DNA of 64,000 bases. Origin: Pavona decussata. Taxonomy: Eukaryota. Under the pieces are notes generated by a model. That model did not search any database and was not told the origin of the DNA. It saw nothing but the letters and a program-made list of their open reading frames with translations. The position numbers and the translations under genes are program-made. Where the stretch lies: positions 1,240,001-1,304,000 of the forward strand of contig CDRNST010000047.1 in the NCBI GenBank assembly GCA_977016875.1, given 5' to 3'. Position 1 is the first letter of the stretch, and each line of letters starts with the position of its first letter. Shown one piece after another: positions 1 through 11,951 of this stretch.

Positions 1-103
1 AAGTTTAAACCGCCGTTGTATGGCGTTACATTACCTAAATTACATCATGTTAATCACATTGCATCAAACATGACCTCTTGATTATATACTTTAGGAACGT
101 TAA

Positions 104-459
104 AGAGGCACTGTTACGGAGATTTCCCTGCGTTTTAGTCCAAACTGCTGAAATATTGGTTAAAATATATTTTCTCTAACACCAAATTTCTCTCAGAGCA
201 CTGAGAAGAGAATTTTAAGTAATTTCTCCCGGGAAGAACAAACTGTAATCGATTTTTAGCGATTTCTTCAAAATACAAGGGACGAACTTGAAAAAATTAG
301 CCGATTTTTTCAAGTTGCAATTAAAATATTAAAAACTAGTTTCTGTGCACTAGAGGGGTTATTGTTAATAAAACGGAACCATTATTTTAACGTTTCCAAC
401 GATATAAATATGTGTTTTGGCCATGTGAAGTAACACTACAATTAGGTAACACTGCCCCT
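104..459. mobile_element. Non-autonomous TIR DNA transposon (MITE) with TTAA target duplication, Kolobok-like
   Basis: TTAA(100-103)|AGAGGCACTGTTAC ... GTAACACTGCCCCT|TTAA(460-463): ~14-bp imperfect terminal inverted repeats with RR...YY termini and TTAA on both sides. Confidence 0.7.
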
Positions 460-967
460 TTAAAATGCTATGGAATTTCTTAGATCTATCCATTTTAGCT
501 AAAGAACATTTTCAGAAAGATGTTCAATCTTTAGGGTGATAAAATTTTGTCATCGATTTGATCTGTCTATTCACCAAATCTACCTTAGTTCCTTCATAGT
601 ACGTTTGATACTTTCATTTGATTGATTAATTCAAAACAGCTATTCAAAAACTTTTTCTCTCCGATAGTTTTTTATCTCAGCAATGGCGATCAAGTGAAAA
701 GCTCTTAGATCATTCATTCAATTTGTTTGAGACGTTATTTTTTTACCCTGTTACTTAATACTCAGGTTTTTGGCTCGGTATGTGTCTGAGGTATCTTCTT
801 TTTGTCTTTTGTAAACCTATATTATTAAAAATAAATGAAATCTGTTTTGATCATTTTTGACTGCTTTGTTTGGAAAAATTTGGCATGATCCAGAACTACG
901 ACAGTTAATGCGGATAAAAATCAGAAAAATTCGTCTTTTACAAAAAACAAACTGCAATCATTGCATC

Positions 968-2245
968 TTAAATTGGTTCTGAGACTTTGCAGAGCTCGAA
1001 ACGGTGTTTTAAGTAGTTCATAAGGATCTGCACTTTCGCCATGTTCCCGCCATAACCGAAATGAAGACCATCGTTGCTCTTTAGAAATCTAGTTACCCTG
1101 GAGGTCTCCAGAACAGGAATATCCCTTGTACTGCAGAAGCTCGACATTTCGTGATTAAATTTCTCTACCGGAGAGTAGTTCTTCTTGGTATCAGAGGCAA
1201 CATAGTTATCGACTTGATGGATGTTTGCCCAAATCATTAATGGCCAGCCATTACCACGCATTTCAATCAAATCAAGTAACGGCGTGAGGTATTCCTTGAT
1301 CACTTTGGTGGCGTTTAAGGAAAAGTGAATACCAACTCCAAGAACAACAACCGAGGCCCGCTTTCCTAGGAGGTTTGTCACGGCTTTCACGGCTACAGGT
1401 AGTTGCTGCATATTGTAGGCTTCTACCAAATACGTTTTAAATTGTGTCTTCCCTTCACATACTTGATTGTCAGCACCGAACTCCTCCCAGTCGTGAATAG
1501 TCTTCAGATGACACGAGTGTTTTCCTCTGTCTACAAACTGCATTTCACCACCACACTGCTGTCTTTCCTCCTCGGATAAACTGCTCCTCAACGCACCTGT
1601 CTCGGGATTACCCGTGACCAACAACGCGAACCCTACGAAAAAGTGCCGAACGAACGAATCTCCGACGAAGGCTACTTCCGAGGAGAGTTCGTTTAACAGT
1701 GAGCATGCGTCGTCGTTGTTAAACTTCAGGAACGGGCATTCTTGGCTCGTGGGCTTCCACTCCGCCAGCTCAGCGGCGAAGTATTTGCTGAAATCCTTAC
1801 ATTGTGGACACGTGCAGTCTTCTTGAGAATTCCCGCACATTCCTGTATTCTCATTACAACATGGCGTCTCGCTCTCTTCATCGCAGAGTGATGCTAATTT
1901 GAAACCTGACGAAGGAAGACGATAATCTTGACCACAGCGCTTATCATCTCTATGCAGCTCTCTTGGAAAGCCCAGATTCTCTAGTATGGATTTATCGACT
2001 TCCCGTCTCTCCCGAATCATGTCTTTTGTCAAACCAGCTTTAAATTTCCATTCTCCGTGTGTGTAGCAATCCAGCAGGCGATTGCAGTCCTTCCTATTCC
2101 ACTGACGCCGGTTGAAGACATTGAAGACTCCACCGTGTTCTTGTTTTTCTGTTTTGCTTTTCAATGCAATGTAATTGGCAACGACCATGCAGACAGATAG
2201 GGCAGAGAGAACAAGAAAAACTCGTCTTTTGGTCGGCAGCTTCAT
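968..2245 (-). CDS. Single-coding-exon type II membrane SGNH/PC-esterase-family protein (candidate glycan O-acetyltransferase/esterase, ~425 aa) with a hevein-like Cys-rich module
   Basis: Long ORF. Likely start is M58 of the track ORF (ATG at 2245, 1 nt after a minus-strand tgtttttcag acceptor), followed by KRR and a hydrophobic anchor (VFLVLSALSVCMVVANYIAL). Motifs: C..G.W, WKP..C, VAFVGDSFVR (block I GDS), GVGIH, DGLH (DxxH). Cys module RCG...C....PCC...G.CG....C.C..C.DF. Confidence 0.85.
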   Translation of the reverse strand: MKLPTKRRVFLVLSALSVCMVVANYIALKSKTEKQEHGGVFNVFNRRQWNRKDCNRLLDCYTHGEWKFKAGLTKDMIRERREVDKSILENLGFPRELHRDDKRCGQDYRLPSSGFKLASLCDEESETPCCNENTGMCGNSQEDCTCPQCKDFSKYFAAELAEWKPTSQECPFLKFNNDDACSLLNELSSEVAFVGDSFVRHFFVGFALLVTGNPETGALRSSLSEEERQQCGGEMQFVDRGKHSCHLKTIHDWEEFGADNQVCEGKTQFKTYLVEAYNMQQLPVAVKAVTNLLGKRASVVVLGVGIHFSLNATKVIKEYLTPLLDLIEMRGNGWPLMIWANIHQVDNYVASDTKKNYSPVEKFNHEMSSFCSTRDIPVLETSRVTRFLKSNDGLHFGYGGNMAKVQILMNYLKHRFELCKVSEPI

Positions 2246-2454
2246 TCTGAAAAACAGTGTATACTGTCTTAGCTCGACTGTCATAAACAGCTTGGGCATG
2301 CGTAAATGGGATACCTTAGGCGCAAAATGACACAACACTCCAGTGAAAAATAAAATTGCGGCAATTGTTGGATGTAGCGTGGAGCAGAAACAAAATTGGG
2401 TAACATGTAACATCAAAACGATCAGACAAACTGAAGACGTATGTTTTCGTTTAT

Positions 2455-3020
2455 CAACAGAGTTGATAAATTAAATTGGCCACCCTAAAGGGATTCGAGT
2501 GCTGATGTTTCTCGCGTTAGTCCTTCGACAGAGTGAATCAAGAAATTGTGGGTTTTATGTTTCATATAGTGACCAGTGAAGCTACGCTATTAATTGGTGG
2601 GAGCATAGTAACGTTGAAAACAAAAATAAGTTAGTCGAATGAAAAGCCTTAGCCGTGATTCCGTGGGGACAAAAAGTACCGATTTGAAAGGTAAATTCTT
2701 GTTCTAAAGTTTTGCGAGTTTCCGTGTTACCATGGTGTTGAGAAATGGCACAGACTGCCACGATGTGTTTGTATGAGTGGTTTAGGCAGAATTAAGTGTT
2801 GAGCGACTGGTTTCGATGCATCCTTCTCACTTTCAACGTCCCGAAGATGTACGCGAAATTGGTCGCCCAGTCAGTCTCCTTCCTTTCTCACCAATGTATA
2901 GCTTTTTGCATAAAGTGCATTTTATGCAATAAATAACATTAGCCGAGGTTCATGTAAAACAGTCAGTGATTTTAATAGATAGCTTAGGTCCCAAAATTTG
3001 GCGATGTTGAAAACGTGTTA
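2455..3020 (-). mobile_element. Degenerate Penelope-like retroelement 3' fragment (GIY-YIG endonuclease plus pLTR remnant)
   Basis: The minus strand reads, with stops and frameshifts, SIKITDCFT*TSANVIYCIKCTLCKKLYIGE..GRRLGDQFRVHLRDVE...DASKPVAQH..LP...GNTETRKTLEQEFTFQIGT..PHGI. A mutated CTGNCGA...GAAAC hammerhead-like pLTR motif follows at ~2500-2535. Confidence 0.8.
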
Positions 3021-3999
3021 CGCAAAACCTTTTTTCGTCTGTTTACCCGAGGACTGAAATAAGGGATCAAGGTTTTACTAGTCAAGAGTTAGTTCGATTC
3101 GAATTCGCCGTTTGTTGAGTTCAAAATATTCTAAATTCGCACGATTTTTTAGTTCGATCACCGAACCTTCCATAAGATGACGCTGACATGGGTTTAGGGC
3201 TAAAGGGAAACTTGAACGCAAAACATTCCATTTATTTGTTTTTGTTAACAACATACTTCATTAGAGCTTTTAACGCAGAATCACTTAACACTAAGCAAGA
3301 AGGATAATTTGCTTAAGATAAATTGAAAAGGTAACCAAATTATTCCTTTTTCGACTGGCTCATTTATTTATCAGAAAATACTACATATTGCTAATAAATG
3401 AACCCGCTATAAAAAATGAGCGTTGAGCTTCTAAATCCATTCATAGTTTACAAACTACTTCCCAAAGAAAAACGCGTACGATCGTTACAATCGAAATTAC
3501 AAAATGCTTCATAATGAAAGCTTGTGTATATTTTTTAAGTCGGATAAAAAATGTCACCTCATTCGAAACCAACATCATGTCAACCTTACCTTAAGCGAAA
3601 CTAAGCTTATAATCCCTCAAACGTTTTTCGCCTTTTGGTCTTCAGAGCTACTGCTGTGGAGATCCGTTTCATTCCTTTTTCAGGTAGAAGCGATTGTCTA
3701 ATTGTCAGAACCGAAGTAATGGTAAATACGCACTGTGGAAAAGTTCACACGTGCTCTTCTCGAGCGCTTCAGTTATCATAGCAACCACAATTGTTTCACG
3801 CAGTGACAAAACAGTCCATCTTCGGTTATTTTTCAAATTTTGCCGATTCGGATTCGTCTTTGAGAAAAAAAGGCACTGAATCCACACCACTGAAGAACTC
3901 AATGTTGTGTTGCAACGGAAAATAATAACGCTTTTGAAATAAATGTGATGGTATATTTCAAGCCTGGTGAATGAATAAGAATGATGTATTATTCTAGAG

Positions 4000-4137
4000 A
4001 GTGACACAGGCATACTCGGAAAAAAAATCCGAGTGCTCCTATCAGGACTCGAACCTAAGACCTCCCGATTACTAGTTCGGATACTCTACCACAGAGCTAC
4101 AGGAGACTCGTGGGAGCTAAAGCCATTAAACTAGGTT
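4000..4137 (-). mobile_element. tRNA-derived (Thr-AGT-like) SINE/repeat, copy 1
   Basis: Minus strand 4035-4106 has an A box (TAGCTCTGTGGTAGAG), a loop containing CTAGTAA and a B box (GGTTCGAGTCC). The flanking non-tRNA sequence is shared with copies at 4265 and 34338. Confidence 0.7.
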
Positions 4138-4264
4138 TAATAATAACACTTTTATTTGAAAAAAAAGTCACAGGACATTTATTTCGACCGTGGTATATAT
4201 TGCCCTGGTATATTGCAAAGCTCTATTTTCTTGAAAGGTAGCTTTTTTTGATAGATGTATTTTG

Positions 4265-4389
4265 TCAGTCAGTGACAAAAAAAGACATACTCGGAAAAAG
4301 AAAATCCGAGCTCTCCTATCAGGAGTGGAAGCCATGACGCTCCGATTACTAGTTTGGATGCTCTGGCACTGAGCTACAGGAGACTCGTG
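4265..4389 (-). mobile_element. tRNA-derived SINE/repeat, copy 2 (more diverged)
   Basis: Aligns by eye with 4000-4110 (cagtgaca...catactcggaaa...atccgag..ctcctatcagga...ccgattactagtt.ggat.ctct..cac.gagctacaggagactcgtg). Confidence 0.7.
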
Positions 4390-5972
4390 ATATACAATTC
4401 ACTCCGTTCGACTTTCAAGTCCCTCACCTCTCAAAGTAACGCGTTTTGCTGTTGGACCAATTTTTTGTGATCTTTTGCCATTTAGTTTTTCTGGTGGTTG
4501 AATTAATAACATTCGGCGCGACTGAAATGCCAGGTACAAACTTCACTGGTGATCAGCATCAAATTTTCCCTTGTAATTTAATGGAAAGGTTGAGAGATAT
4601 TAGCATATGATCACCCAACAGGAATTCTCTAGATCATCTTAACAACCTCTCCCTGCTTCTGCTACAAGAAATGTATGAGTACAAGAAAGGAGAATTTGTA
4701 TTTTGATCCTGACCCTTACCGTATTAAAGATATCGCTATCGCCATACCACCTCTCAAATGAAAAAACATCTTTTTCCTCAGGTAAGACTTAAATTTTCCG
4801 GTGGTATAGATTTTCTGTTGCAAGTCAAAATTCAAAATTGAGAAAGCCAAATTATTCTTAATCATAGATTTTATTATTTATTTTTTATACAATGCCTTGT
4901 ACAGTTGTTGTTAACTAGTTGTATTTCATTTGTGTCCCGACATTAGTATGGGACTTTTTCTCCCAAGCCATGCATAGGGTCTGACACTTGAATAAGTTTT
5001 CCTCTTCTTCTTCGTCTGTTATAAATTTCTAAAATTCCTCTCGGTTACTGCAGGTTTTTGCCCGAGTGACTTGAATTTGTTCAAAATGGTTACTGAACAT
5101 TTAGCGTGGCCATGGTTTATTAACACTTAGTGACTCTGACCGACTGTCTACCGTGCAAGCATCATTTTATCTCTCAGTAAGTACGCGCGGTGTGATTGGT
5201 CAATTTTGCGGGCGCTTCGCGCCATAAATCAACAATAACAAACTCGGTCTGTACTGCGAGAACTCAGTTGGTAAGAAGTATATATTTTCTTAAAATCAAA
5301 ATACGGTAACTTTTGTTCCTGCTTTAAATACTACCAGAAAATACATGATTGTTTTTAAGATTGTCAACAGCTTGTTGACATAGTTCGTGACACCAACAGC
5401 TCAGTGCACTTCGGAGACACATTTGTTAACCGAGTTTCTCTACTGAATATTCAACACGGCTACCCTACCTCAATTATTTCGTTAACCCATAAGGCAGTAA
5501 TCATCAGCTTAAGTTGAACTTCAGGTTCAATTAGTTTAAAGGGAAATCCGACTCCTAAAAATTAAAGAAATCATTTCACGTGGAAGAAAATCCGCCGGCT
5601 CGTACAAGAGAATTTATTCTTGAAGAAGGAATTGCACGATCTTTACTTTTATTACTTAAACTCTTATACCAAACGCATCAGATTAATCCTAACAATTACT
5701 AAAACAGCGACAGGAGAAAAACCTGTATGCAATTTGAAAGATATCTATTCACAAATGACGCTCGGCACGACTGACCGGTTGACTTTTAAGTTAAAAAATA
5801 GAGGGCTACTGTCCAGAAACCTAAATCGGCTGATAGTTCCTCGCGGATGAATTTGATGCTATGCAAATTATCATTTTATTATAATTTACTTTATTGTGTT
5901 ATTTTAGTTAAACAAAAATTCGATGGATACATGCTAGCATAAAGCGAAAGAAAAATTCAAAGGGAAGCTGAT

Positions 5973-6123
5973 CTGGACCCAGTTGTTGAAAGAGCGGATA
6001 AATTTATCCAGCGGATAAATCGCTATCCAGCGGATGAAAGGTATTGCTTGGAGTACATTTATCCGCTGGATAACTATTTATCCACTGGATAGAGTTATAC
6101 GCTCTTTGAACAACAAGGGCCAG
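5973..6123. mobile_element. Small palindromic MITE (GGCCCAGTTGTTCAA-type TIR)
   Basis: CTGGACCCAGTTGTTGAAAGAGCG ... CGCTCTTTGAACAACAAGGGCCAG, with internal repeated TTATCCA/CGGATAA units. Confidence 0.7.
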
Positions 6124-6678
6124 ACCGATAGTCCCGAGAGAGAAGTTCAGTGTTTTTTTTTTTTATCACCCGTTACTATTTTTTTTTCTGCCCAAATTCA
6201 TTGAAACTGGTGTTTCGAATTTCCACCTCCTAGTCACTAATTTGATTTTTTAGGCAAAAAAGTGAAATATAGCAGTCGAATAACCACACCAGATATAAAT
6301 ATAATGAAGCAACTTGGTTATTAATCAATTAGAAAATAATTGCGGGGTTTAACTTTCGCGAACGAATTCTACACGTCACTAGGGTGAGCGACCAATTAAA
6401 ACAATCAGATTCGGAGAAAATTTAGTGTTAAGCTGTACCTGTTGATAGTCGACAATCACAAACACAGCTAACTATGTTAAGCCATTATATTTTTGTTCCC
6501 CTGTTGTACATGTCAAAATGGTGGATTTTAAGGTGGCTCACAACAGTACAGCACTTACAATTTGATGGATCATTACAACCACTCTTGGGATGGGATAGGA
6601 TAGGAGTTTCGAAAATTTAAGGTGGCTCTAAATCCCTCCTAAATTTCTTTTCAAACTTTGAAACGTTGTATCTGAACA

Positions 6679-6823
6679 NNNNNNNNNNNNNNNNNNNNNN
6701 NNNNNNNNNNNNNNNNNNNNNNNNNNNNNNNNNNNNNNNNNNNNNNNNNNNNNNNNNNNNNNNNNNNNNNNNNNNNNNNNNNNNNNNNNNNNNNNNNNNN
6801 NNNNNNNNNNNNNNNNNNNNNNN
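6679..6823. other. Assembly gap (145 N) in repeat-like sequence
   Basis: Run of N. The left flank has TTAAGGTGGCTC twice (~6528 and ~6617), resembling a transposon end. Confidence 0.95.
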
Positions 6824-9320
6824 ATCTCGTTTTTGAGTTATAACCACTTAAAGCTAAAATGATGGGTGTTTTTAACAGGTTGCACTATTGCTATGTTAAC
6901 CTTTGATGCCCAAAAACTGACCTTGACTATTTTACCAATGATTATAGGCACATCGTTGATACCTGTATTGTAGTATCAACTGATAAAGAGTGGTAACAAT
7001 GATCAAAGCGATTTTCAATTCGGCTCGCCCACTGTGATTCATCGGACAGTGAAACGTGTGTTAATGGCCCAGCACACTGACGAGATGGACTTCTTAGGGA
7101 CACTCGGCCCGACAGAAATCATTAAAGATTGAATGATTGGATAATGCGATTCCGGAGTTTTGATTGGATTAGCGGACATGATATATCAGCCATAATATAC
7201 CATGCGGTCATAAATCGCCTTGTGGTCTTTCTTGCAAGATGAAATCAGCAAGATTTAAACATATTTCCTAGTTGATTTTAATAAATCAAGTGTTCCACTT
7301 GCTCTTGTTGGATATCAATATATGGCATGATTATCTCGATTCTATGCATTTCGCCAAAATGCATCGGATGGATCTCTATCACCTCCGTATCTGAGTGCTC
7401 GCTCGTGGAATAATTGTTAACTAGGCTACATACAAGATTTCCGGGTCTCCGAAGGAAATCGGCTGAAACACTTTAACCAAATCATAAGAAGAAGAAGATA
7501 AAATATGCAAATGATCAAGGTTTGTTTTATGATCTAGTCACGTATGATACTCGCTTCTTGCGACTTTCTGACCGCCTAATGGACGCGATCAGCAGTCGGC
7601 ATTCGAAGTCACGATGACTAACCCCCATGGTTCACTACATCATAAATGAAACCAATGCAGTTGAAGAGATAAACGATAACATGTTCTATTATACAGCTAT
7701 GAAGAGTCCTGGAAGATCGCGATAGATGACCGTTAAAAAAAATACCGGCATTCGACTTCCTGATTTATTGGTATCGCTGGTGACTGTAAATCAAGTTGAG
7801 TGTTAAAAAGCTGCTCTAAATGCCGCTAAACTACAGAATATATGATCACAATAACCATCTACCAACGAGCTGCCTCTTTTCGCCAGATGGTCTCCTCCAT
7901 CCACTGCCGAGCGAAACAAACCGAAAAAGCATAAACCCCAAACTCACTAAATGCGTTATTCTTCGTTCAGTGTGGTCCATGCCCTTTTAAACTGGCCACC
8001 AAATACTATCGTCTATTATCTGAAAGTTGCTCAGTGAACCTTGGAACCTTTGTGTGCAGCTCGCTTGAATTTTAAAAGAAAAAATTCCAATTCAGCACGT
8101 ACCAAATAAACAACTAAAGAATACGTGGTTGTTCTTATTCATTGTGATGCGTCGGCCCACAAAAAAGCCAATAAAGGAGGTCACATTTACGAACACCTCA
8201 CCCTCTGACGTCAATTGTGTGTCCAATTGAGCCGGTTTCAAAAGATACCGCCATTACAAATTTCATTTCCTGCTAACCTACTTTGAAAGGAAGTGTTTTA
8301 TGTCTTTAGTGTGTACCTTTCATACGGTCTTGTCATCAAGACTATGTAGCAGTTTACACAAGAGGTAAACACGACGGTTCCTATGCTCCGTGACAAATAT
8401 GTCATAGTCAGGTTACCCCATGCGTTGTAACACAGATAGAAATTGAACTTGAAACAGCTAAATTGTAAAACAGACCCGACCCGTTAGAACAGCATTCCAA
8501 CGGGTCATCTTCTTTTGCCATTAATTTGCGGTGGCTGTTAAACTGATGCTGTCCGTAAAGACCGACAACAGTTTTCATTTTGCAAAGAGGTACAACGTTT
8601 GCTGATCAAACGTTTGCTAAATTTGGTGCGCATCATCCAGAATAAAAAAAAATCCAAATACAACAAAACACTTTATTTTATCGTGATATATATATTTTTT
8701 CAGTTTGATCACCATAGCATGTGCCTTCATATCAGAGCTCGATTTTAGGGTCCAGTTAGACCACATTCAGTAGGTCAAGTACAACCCAGTTCTTGCAGTT
8801 CCGCTGACCGACAGTCATAGTCTTAAAAATTTCATATCTTCTTTTCTCTTGATGGGTAATCTCTAGTATATTCCAAAAGCTGCTGAGCTAGATGTATTGA
8901 CTTAAGAGGGCATTTTACTTCAAGACCCTCTTTTATGTTCACAATAAAACCTGCTTATATATTGATCCAGTAGATACCCTGTTACACCTTTGCTCCGACT
9001 CAGACAGAGAAGGAGCTCTTCTGCAAACGGAGGCAACGTTTACACCGGCAGTTTATGTTGAGCAGGAATAGCCAAAGGTAATCTGGGAATTTCTTTCTTT
9101 TGACTAATTTGGGCTCTCTTGGGGTACAAGTCCTCTTAATTAAACATACCAGAGTTAAGTTTTATTCCAAGACGTCCTCAGTCAATGCAAAAAACTGCAC
9201 GAGCGCGGTACTCAATTGGTAATGAATGATCGATCACCTGGAGCAAGTTCTCATGTCAGACAAATGATCAACGTGTTACAGTTTGGAAAGTAACAGCCCC
9301 TTTTCAGTGCTGTCGGATTA

Positions 9321-9725
9321 AGCCGCCTTTCCGGTTAGCTAAAAGGTAGGACACATATCTATCTATGGTGAAATAGAATTGTTTCAAATACACAATCCCC
9401 CCCCCCTCCCCCCAACAATCTTTAAGAATTAAACAGAGCCCAGAGAGGCCTTTCGCTAGACAGTCTCTTTGCAGCCTAATATAATTATCAAAGCCTTTTT
9501 TTGCTGTTTGATGTAGCCGTCTATCCGGCTAGCCAAAAGGTGGGACGCCTTTCTACCTATAGTAAATAGAATTGTGCCAAATATACAATTACCCCCCTCC
9601 CTTCCCCTCCCCCCCCCCCAAAAAAAAAAAAAAAAAAGAAAACTTAAAGAATTGAACAGAGCCCAGGTACGTCTTTGGCTAGACAGTTTCTATGTAGCCT
9701 TATATAATTGTCAAAGCCTTTTTTT
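9321..9725 (+). repeat. Diverged tandem duplication of a ~190-210 bp unit (9321-9502 and 9515-9725), each with a poly-C tract
   Basis: AGCCG.CT.TCCGG.TAGC.AAAAGGT...AAATAGAATTGT...poly-C...AAGAATT.AACAGAGCCCAG...GCTAGACAGT...ATATAATT.TCAAAGCCTTTTTTT occurs twice. Confidence 0.85.
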
Positions 9726-11857
9726 CCATTGACGTTTGTTGTAGTCAGAAAATGACTAATTGTGGACCTGTGTGCTCGTCGCCGAACTTGCTGCATGCTC
9801 GGAATCACGACACCATGGCGAGAGGTCGTCGCCGGTTTTGCCACCTTAAATTGAATGGGATGAAGTAATTAAGGTTCAGGAGCGTCAGACCAAAGACAAA
9901 CAAACACTTTAGTTGAGAACAAATTAGTTAAGCTCTATCAACCAGTTTCAGCGAAGATAGCAGACGATGAATCGTATGGTATGCTATAATTGTATTGCTC
10001 AATAGCAATGCGCGTATCGATGGCAGCAAGTTTTGCGAAAGTGCATTGACCGTGAACTTTGAAGGTGCCTCCCTTCATTGAATTGTGCGTTGGATGCTTG
10101 TTTAATTTACTCAGACTTCACTAATTTAATCAATGTCTCCAAGTCGCAAAGCTAACAGACCCTTTTATCATGTGTCACATTGAAGATCCTTTGTTGTTTT
10201 TCATTCACCTTATTGCTTTCGTAAACCGTGAAGTCTACGCCGCTTTTTATTGCTCTACAAGAGTGCACGGCAGACGTCACTTGTGCACAACAATGCGATG
10301 TTTACTTTGTCCCCAATCCTTTGAAAAGAGGTAATAACTTTTTAATTTCGGATCAATGTCTATTCAGTCATCACTTGTGACAATCCACTATGTTTGTCAA
10401 CGCTTCACAACAAGGACAACCGGCTACGAAACAAAGAAAGTAATAACTGAAGAGCTGACGGAAGCTTTCAGATAATTGAAAAATTCTTCGATCGTGACAT
10501 CCTTGAGGAGCATTTATAACGCCAAACCTTCACTGCTTAACTTGCAGTTTTGCGAACACTCTAGTGAACAAAATTAAATTAGAAATTTCTAGCTCAACTG
10601 AAACAGGCGAGGTTTTTAATAGACTGGCGTGTGCTGCTCGCGTGCAACAATCCACGCTTTGGAAAGCTGTTGATTTTAAAAGCTAAATCCTATAAATATA
10701 TCTTAGTTTATTAAGATATCCATGCACACGTTTTGGAGAAAGCATGCACAAAACAGGCGAGAAACGACACAACAAAAAGGAGCTTCATCTGCCTTTGCAC
10801 GTCTAATAATCCTAAACTAATCGGCAATCACATGGGTATAAAATATATGCTTACCGTACTTAACTCACGCAATGATATTCTGTGAGTATACCTGATACAG
10901 TTTGACGTTTAACTCTGTTACATAAACTGGTGAAGCCATGAAATCTTTCCATTATGTGAAACACTGAACACAGCTTTGAGTGGTGAGTTAAATTTCGAGA
11001 GTAAATAAGATAAAAGTATCTATTAATTTGGTAACTCTACAACAACAACCTTGCTTACTAAGACATAAAGTACAACGGGGTTCGCTTTGATGGGTTTAAA
11101 TTCATGATATTCTACCATTATAATACTGATGCTAGGGATATAGGTTTTGGGTTAGGATGAGGGTTAGGATTAGGTCTAGGGTTAGTATTTGGGTAAGGGT
11201 CAGGTCACTTCCTTGACGAAGAAGAAGAAGAAGAAGAAAACAGCATCCGAAATATAGACCTTTTTTACTTTGTGAAGCGATGTTGGCCAAATTCGTTTAA
11301 AATCAAGTTCATGGAGCCTTTTGGTTAATGACATTCTACGCTTAAAGATAATTCTGTAGACTCGGCGGAAACGCTGTAATTTTCCCTCTTGTTAAGCCCA
11401 CAAAAAGAACTGAAAATTAAATTTTATGTCTTGGCCATGTGTCCTTTTCTGTGGGTTCGAGAGTCGGTCCCACTTGTTTTGTTCCTAGTTTTCATGTCCA
11501 AAGAATCGCTAAAAAAACGCGTATTTTGCTGTTTCTCAACCGAATTGTTTTTGTGTCGTCAAAACTCAGTTGCACCCGAACAACGATCAAAATATATTTT
11601 CTCCTTATTATGCAATGCATAATCAAGTAAACAGGTGAAGGGAATTAGAAATAGTCATTATCTTGGAGATGAGCCTAACAATTATACACCATCAAACTAA
11701 ATGCGTCGCAAAGTACGTTAATTATGGAATGGATTTTCGAGCTTTCGAAGATTTGTTTGCGCGCTTTGATCGTAAGAAGCTAAGGAAAGGCAAGCAGAGA
11801 ATTCTGTTTTTCCATGCGATGTGTGTTTTGGATGAAGAAGTAAATGTCTTTAATTGG

Positions 11858-11951
11858 TCGCAGTTATGCACGCAACTTAAATTGGATTCAAGCCTGAATT
11901 TTTTTTCAGGCTATCTTTTCGCAACTGCTTAAGTTGCGTATATAACTGCGA
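11858..11951. repeat. Hairpin-type repeat/MITE remnant
   Basis: TCGCAGTTATGCACGCAACTTA ... TAAGTTGCGTATATAACTGCGA inverted repeat with an inner AGCCTGAA/TTCAGGCT pair. Confidence 0.6.

Noticed and set aside
2246-2416. N-terminal 57-aa extension of the 482-aa track ORF
   Set aside because: A splice acceptor (tgtttttcag) lies 1 nt before the ATG at 2245, and that Met gives a normal type II anchor. The extension is probably intron read-through.
2500-2535. Active hammerhead ribozyme on the minus strand
   Set aside because: The core is mutated (CUGUCGA instead of CUGANGA) and stem II is disrupted.
4035-4106. Genuine tRNA-Thr gene
   Set aside because: It has an 8-nt anticodon loop and a terminal acceptor mismatch, and its flanks are shared with two decayed copies, so it is repeat-borne.
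11140-11205. Telomeric TTAGGG array
   Set aside because: Short and highly degenerate; an interstitial low-complexity or repeat remnant.
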